This document shows, piece by piece, positions 61,384 to 64,000 of a DNA stretch of 64,000 nucleotides (position 1 is its first letter; every line of letters begins with the position of its first letter). Origin of the DNA: Shigella phage Sf15. Where the stretch lies: sequence record MF158041; one strand, given 5' to 3'. The notes beneath the pieces were generated by a model that was not told the DNA's origin, made no database searches, and saw only the letters and a program-made list of their open reading frames with translations. Both the position numbers and the translations under genes were made by a program.

Positions 61384-61547
61384 TGAAGATACTATATAGA
61401 TATGATTAGACCTTTGCAAGTACTTTTTACGCTTATCTATAAAGAATCTATTAAGTTAATCCCTTTTAGATAAACCCCCTCGAACAAAGTTACACTTGTC
61501 AAGGGGCATTGTCAATAGTTTTTCAAAAGATTTTTATAAGTTGTTGA

Positions 61548-61889
61548 TTAGCTTATAAAGATTTTTTCTGGCTTAACATAGGTTAATGACTGTTTTTTAA
61601 GCAAATCAGACCAAATGAGCGCGGCAATGTGGCTATATCCCTTTTCTCTTAACTCCTGCATAGCTGATTTGCGAGTTTCGAAACGTGTAGCATAGTATTC
61701 AGTGTTAAGGGTAGTTTTATTCCCTTCATTGTCAACATGTACAATCTGCATCACTTGAAAGGGGCTTACATCTTCTCCCCTGTTCCATTGCTCAAAGTAC
61801 TTGAGACACTGCATAGGTTTCATTTTGTCGTTAACTTGGGTAGACCATGACGAATTTTCTTTATCGGTGATAATTGTTACATAGGCCAT
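61548..61889 (-). CDS. hypothetical protein
   Basis: 113 aa, long-form leader upstream. Confidence 0.45.
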   Translation of the reverse strand: MAYVTIITDKENSSWSTQVNDKMKPMQCLKYFEQWNRGEDVSPFQVMQIVHVDNEGNKTTLNTEYYATRFETRKSAMQELREKGYSHIAALIWSDLLKKQSLTYVKPEKIFIS

Positions 61890-61974
61890 TTTCAGATTCT
61901 CCAGTTTAGGATTGTTGGTAAAGCTCTTTATCTGGGGCTTAAGATACTAGCTTTTAAACCCCATGTAAAGCACT
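61890..61974 (-). repeat. leader cassette copy (long form with promoter-like TTTACA-17-TAAGAT)
   Basis: one of three near-identical long copies. Confidence 0.6.
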
Positions 61975-62172
61975 TTAATAAATTCTATCCATCAGATTAT
62001 TCACGGCCATAATTGCATTATCTTTGAAGTGTGGATGACTGCTATTCTGTGAGAATAGTATTTCTCCATTGTATACTATTTTTAGGTCTATCTTTGAACC
62101 TTCCATGTTAAGGTTACACTCTACACCTTTTAAACACCACAAGGTAGAAAGTTTTTGCATCAGTGATAACAT
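61975..62172 (-). CDS. hypothetical small protein
   Basis: 65 aa, long-form leader upstream. Confidence 0.4.
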   Translation of the reverse strand: MLSLMQKLSTLWCLKGVECNLNMEGSKIDLKIVYNGEILFSQNSSHPHFKDNAIMAVNNLMDRIY

Positions 62173-62263
62173 TTTAGATTCTCCAGTTTAGGATTGTTGG
62201 TAAAGCTCTTTATCTGGGGCTTATCTTATCTAACTATAAACCCCATGTAAAGTACTTTATTAG
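62173..62263 (-). repeat. leader cassette copy (long form)
   Basis: near-identical to copies at 61890 and 63416. Confidence 0.6.
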
Positions 62264-62485
62264 TTATTTGTAGTAATAATATGTAAACTCATTTATCAGG
62301 CTTCCATCCTCATCATTATACTGCTTATGACTAGCCAGATAACCGCCATTAGCTAGAATTTCATCAATCAACTTTTTAGCGTCATCGTTGGGAATCCTAA
62401 CAGGTTTACTAAACGGCTGTAAATAGGTACGACGAACATTTGAGAATTTAAAATCAATGGTTTTTACGTTAAGAACTTGCAACAT
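62264..62485 (-). CDS. hypothetical small protein
   Basis: track ORF 62264-62563 trimmed to Met at 62485, which directly follows the leader core. Confidence 0.45.
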   Translation of the reverse strand: MLQVLNVKTIDFKFSNVRRTYLQPFSKPVRIPNDDAKKLIDEILANGGYLASHKQYNDEDGSLINEFTYYYYK

Positions 62486-62540
62486 TTTTTGAATCTCCAG
62501 TTTAGGATTGTTGGGATGTTTCCCGTTGATGAATACTTTA
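62486..62540 (-). repeat. leader cassette copy
   Basis: GAATCTCCAGTTTAGGATTGTTGGG core. Confidence 0.55.
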
Positions 62541-62563
62541 CTTTCTTGCGTTTTCAGTGTCAA

Positions 62564-62794
62564 CTACTTTTCTATAAGAATCTCATATTCACCATTCACA
62601 CTATCAAAGTAAATACCTTCATCATCTTCTGATTTATAGTAGCACTGTATATCATCCGATGCTGGGTAGTCTTGCCTTGCTATCTGACAGGCAACAATAG
62701 CATTATTTTCGCTACCTGTAAACTCTTCTAAACCTTTAAAGTTGCATTGTGAACCATTGCAGATAGATAGAATAAGATAGATTGTTGTAAGCAT
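62564..62794 (-). CDS. small secreted or lipoprotein-like protein
   Basis: hydrophobic N terminus MLTTIYLILSICNGS; GAGG RBS. Confidence 0.4.
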   Translation of the reverse strand: MLTTIYLILSICNGSQCNFKGLEEFTGSENNAIVACQIARQDYPASDDIQCYYKSEDDEGIYFDSVNGEYEILIEK

Positions 62795-62857
62795 CTTTTA
62801 AGCCTCTTGTAAGCCCCTGTGCGGGGCTTTTCTAGTGAACTGGTGTGATTCTATGGT

Positions 62858-63415
62858 TTATGCTGTTAAGTCGTTTATAACCGTTTCTGTTACGTTGCAT
62901 TGCATGGTGTCAAAGATATCACAATATACATTGCTCATCCCATCACTACGTTGGACTATTTCTGCAATGTTGCGTAGTTCGTCTGGTACATATCCTAAAT
63001 TTCTATTGTTTAGGTTAGGGACAAAGAAAGGCGCATACATAGCATTAAATTCAGTTGTGTAAACCTTTTTAATCCATTCTTTATCGAAATATTCTGTAAA
63101 GCTTGCTACGTCGCTCATGTTCTCACAGCTCCAGTCATCTTGTAAATCATCTTCTGGAATATCCAGTTCCAAGATAACAAGCTTTTGTGACTTCATTTGA
63201 TAGGCTGCTGTAATGCTTGCGCTATCAAGCGCGTTTCTAATACCTTCATCTGTGATTTGTTCGTCATCCAGATTCTCTACATCATAGAACTTGTTAACAG
63301 GGTAGACGTAAAAACATCCATCCATATCAGAGCAATTCCAAGCTCCTGATGGTTTATCACCGCCATTGATAAGGTTTACAAAGTTTTCTTGTGTAGTACC
63401 ATGAAAGCATTTCAT
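62858..63415 (-). CDS. hypothetical acidic protein
   Basis: 185 aa, long-form leader upstream. Confidence 0.5.
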   Translation of the reverse strand: MKCFHGTTQENFVNLINGGDKPSGAWNCSDMDGCFYVYPVNKFYDVENLDDEQITDEGIRNALDSASITAAYQMKSQKLVILELDIPEDDLQDDWSCENMSDVASFTEYFDKEWIKKVYTTEFNAMYAPFFVPNLNNRNLGYVPDELRNIAEIVQRSDGMSNVYCDIFDTMQCNVTETVINDLTA

Positions 63416-63499
63416 TTTAGATTCTCCAGTTTAGGATTGTTGGTAAAGCTCTTTATCTGGGGCTTATCTTATCTAACTATAAACCCCATGTAAAGCACT
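63416..63499 (-). repeat. leader cassette copy (long form)
   Basis: near-identical to copies at 61890 and 62173. Confidence 0.6.
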
Positions 63500-63748
63500 T
63501 TATTTAGTTTTCTTTGTAAAGATTAGTTTAACGGCAACAGTTGGTAACTCTTCAATACTTGTGAACAAAGTCACTTTTTGAGTCTTGACATTATAGCCAT
63601 ACTTTGAACCATAAGCCGTAAAACGGTTTACAATGTAACTGTAAGTTTTTGCAGTGTTATCTGGCATATGATATAAAAACGGCTTGCCAAGGTTATCAAG
63701 TTGTGTTAAGAGTCGGCATGTATCAGGGATATTCAACATATTAAACAT
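63500..63748 (-). CDS. hypothetical small protein
   Basis: 82 aa, leader cassette upstream. Confidence 0.45.
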   Translation of the reverse strand: MFNMLNIPDTCRLLTQLDNLGKPFLYHMPDNTAKTYSYIVNRFTAYGSKYGYNVKTQKVTLFTSIEELPTVAVKLIFTKKTK

Positions 63749-63810
63749 TTTCAGATTCTCCAGTTTAGGATTGTTGGGGCTTCTAACTTGCCCCGTTGAT
63801 GAGTACTCTA
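63749..63810 (-). repeat. leader cassette copy
   Basis: GATTCTCCAGTTTAGGATTGTTGGGGC core with GGGGC..GCCCC hairpin. Confidence 0.6.
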
Positions 63811-63832
63811 CTACTATGCTTTTGCAATGTCA

Positions 63833-63980
63833 ATCAAATCTCTGAATAAATTGCATCGCAGATTTCACGGAAAACTTCAACCGGTAAGTTACGCTGTAAC
63901 CATGTTGCAAAGAAATCAGCAATTGCAAAGTTTGCATCAAAATCAACACATAGCCACACTTTAACAGCAAATCTAAACAT
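63833..63980 (-). CDS. possible small protein (48 aa)
   Basis: ATG near 63980, stop at 63833; no clear RBS. Confidence 0.25.
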
Positions 63981-64000
63981 TTTCAAGTCAAGTTCTTTAT

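Noticed and set aside
58403-63810. Possible CRISPR array suggested by many short repeats
   Set aside because: Repeats are not uniform 28-37 bp units with regular unique spacers. They are either degenerate short iterons or 60-95 bp leader blocks separated by whole genes. No cas genes are present.

Overview
This window is a densely coded segment of a large virulent tailed-phage genome; no integrase, repressor-type lysogeny genes or CRISPR arrays were seen. All calls come from reading the sequence and the ORF track by eye; no database search or folding program was run. Layout, left to right: (1) 1-8636, minus-strand early/replication block with a GIY-YIG nuclease, a FEN-type 5'-3' exonuclease, an SSB-like protein with a polyacidic tail, a T7 gp4-like primase-helicase and a dNMP kinase. 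(2) 8896-18911, plus-strand block with a family A DNA polymerase, an ATP-dependent DNA ligase, an XRE-type HTH protein, dihydrofolate reductase, thymidylate synthase and many small ORFs. (3) 18948-42725, minus-strand late module: two tail fibers with His-rich C termini, Mu/P2-like baseplate genes, tape measure, chaperones, tube, sheath, connector proteins, major capsid, S49 protease-scaffold fusion, portal and large terminase. (4) 42945-47611, a minus-strand cluster of about 28 tRNA genes that by manual folding covers all 20 amino acids, with several non-tRNA spacers, followed by a vWA/MIDAS protein at 47777-49192. (5) 50031-58371, plus-strand block with tandem paralogs (one carrying two Ig-like domains), a T4-lysozyme-like endolysin and unknown small proteins. 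(6) 58403-59905, an ORF-free, repeat-rich region between convergent transcription units. (7) 59976-63980, an array of small minus-strand genes, nearly all preceded by copies of a conserved leader cassette. The most interesting candidates are the vWA protein beside the tRNA cluster (possible Ro60/Rsr-like RNP with spacer RNAs), the ORF-free repeat array, and the repeated leader cassettes.
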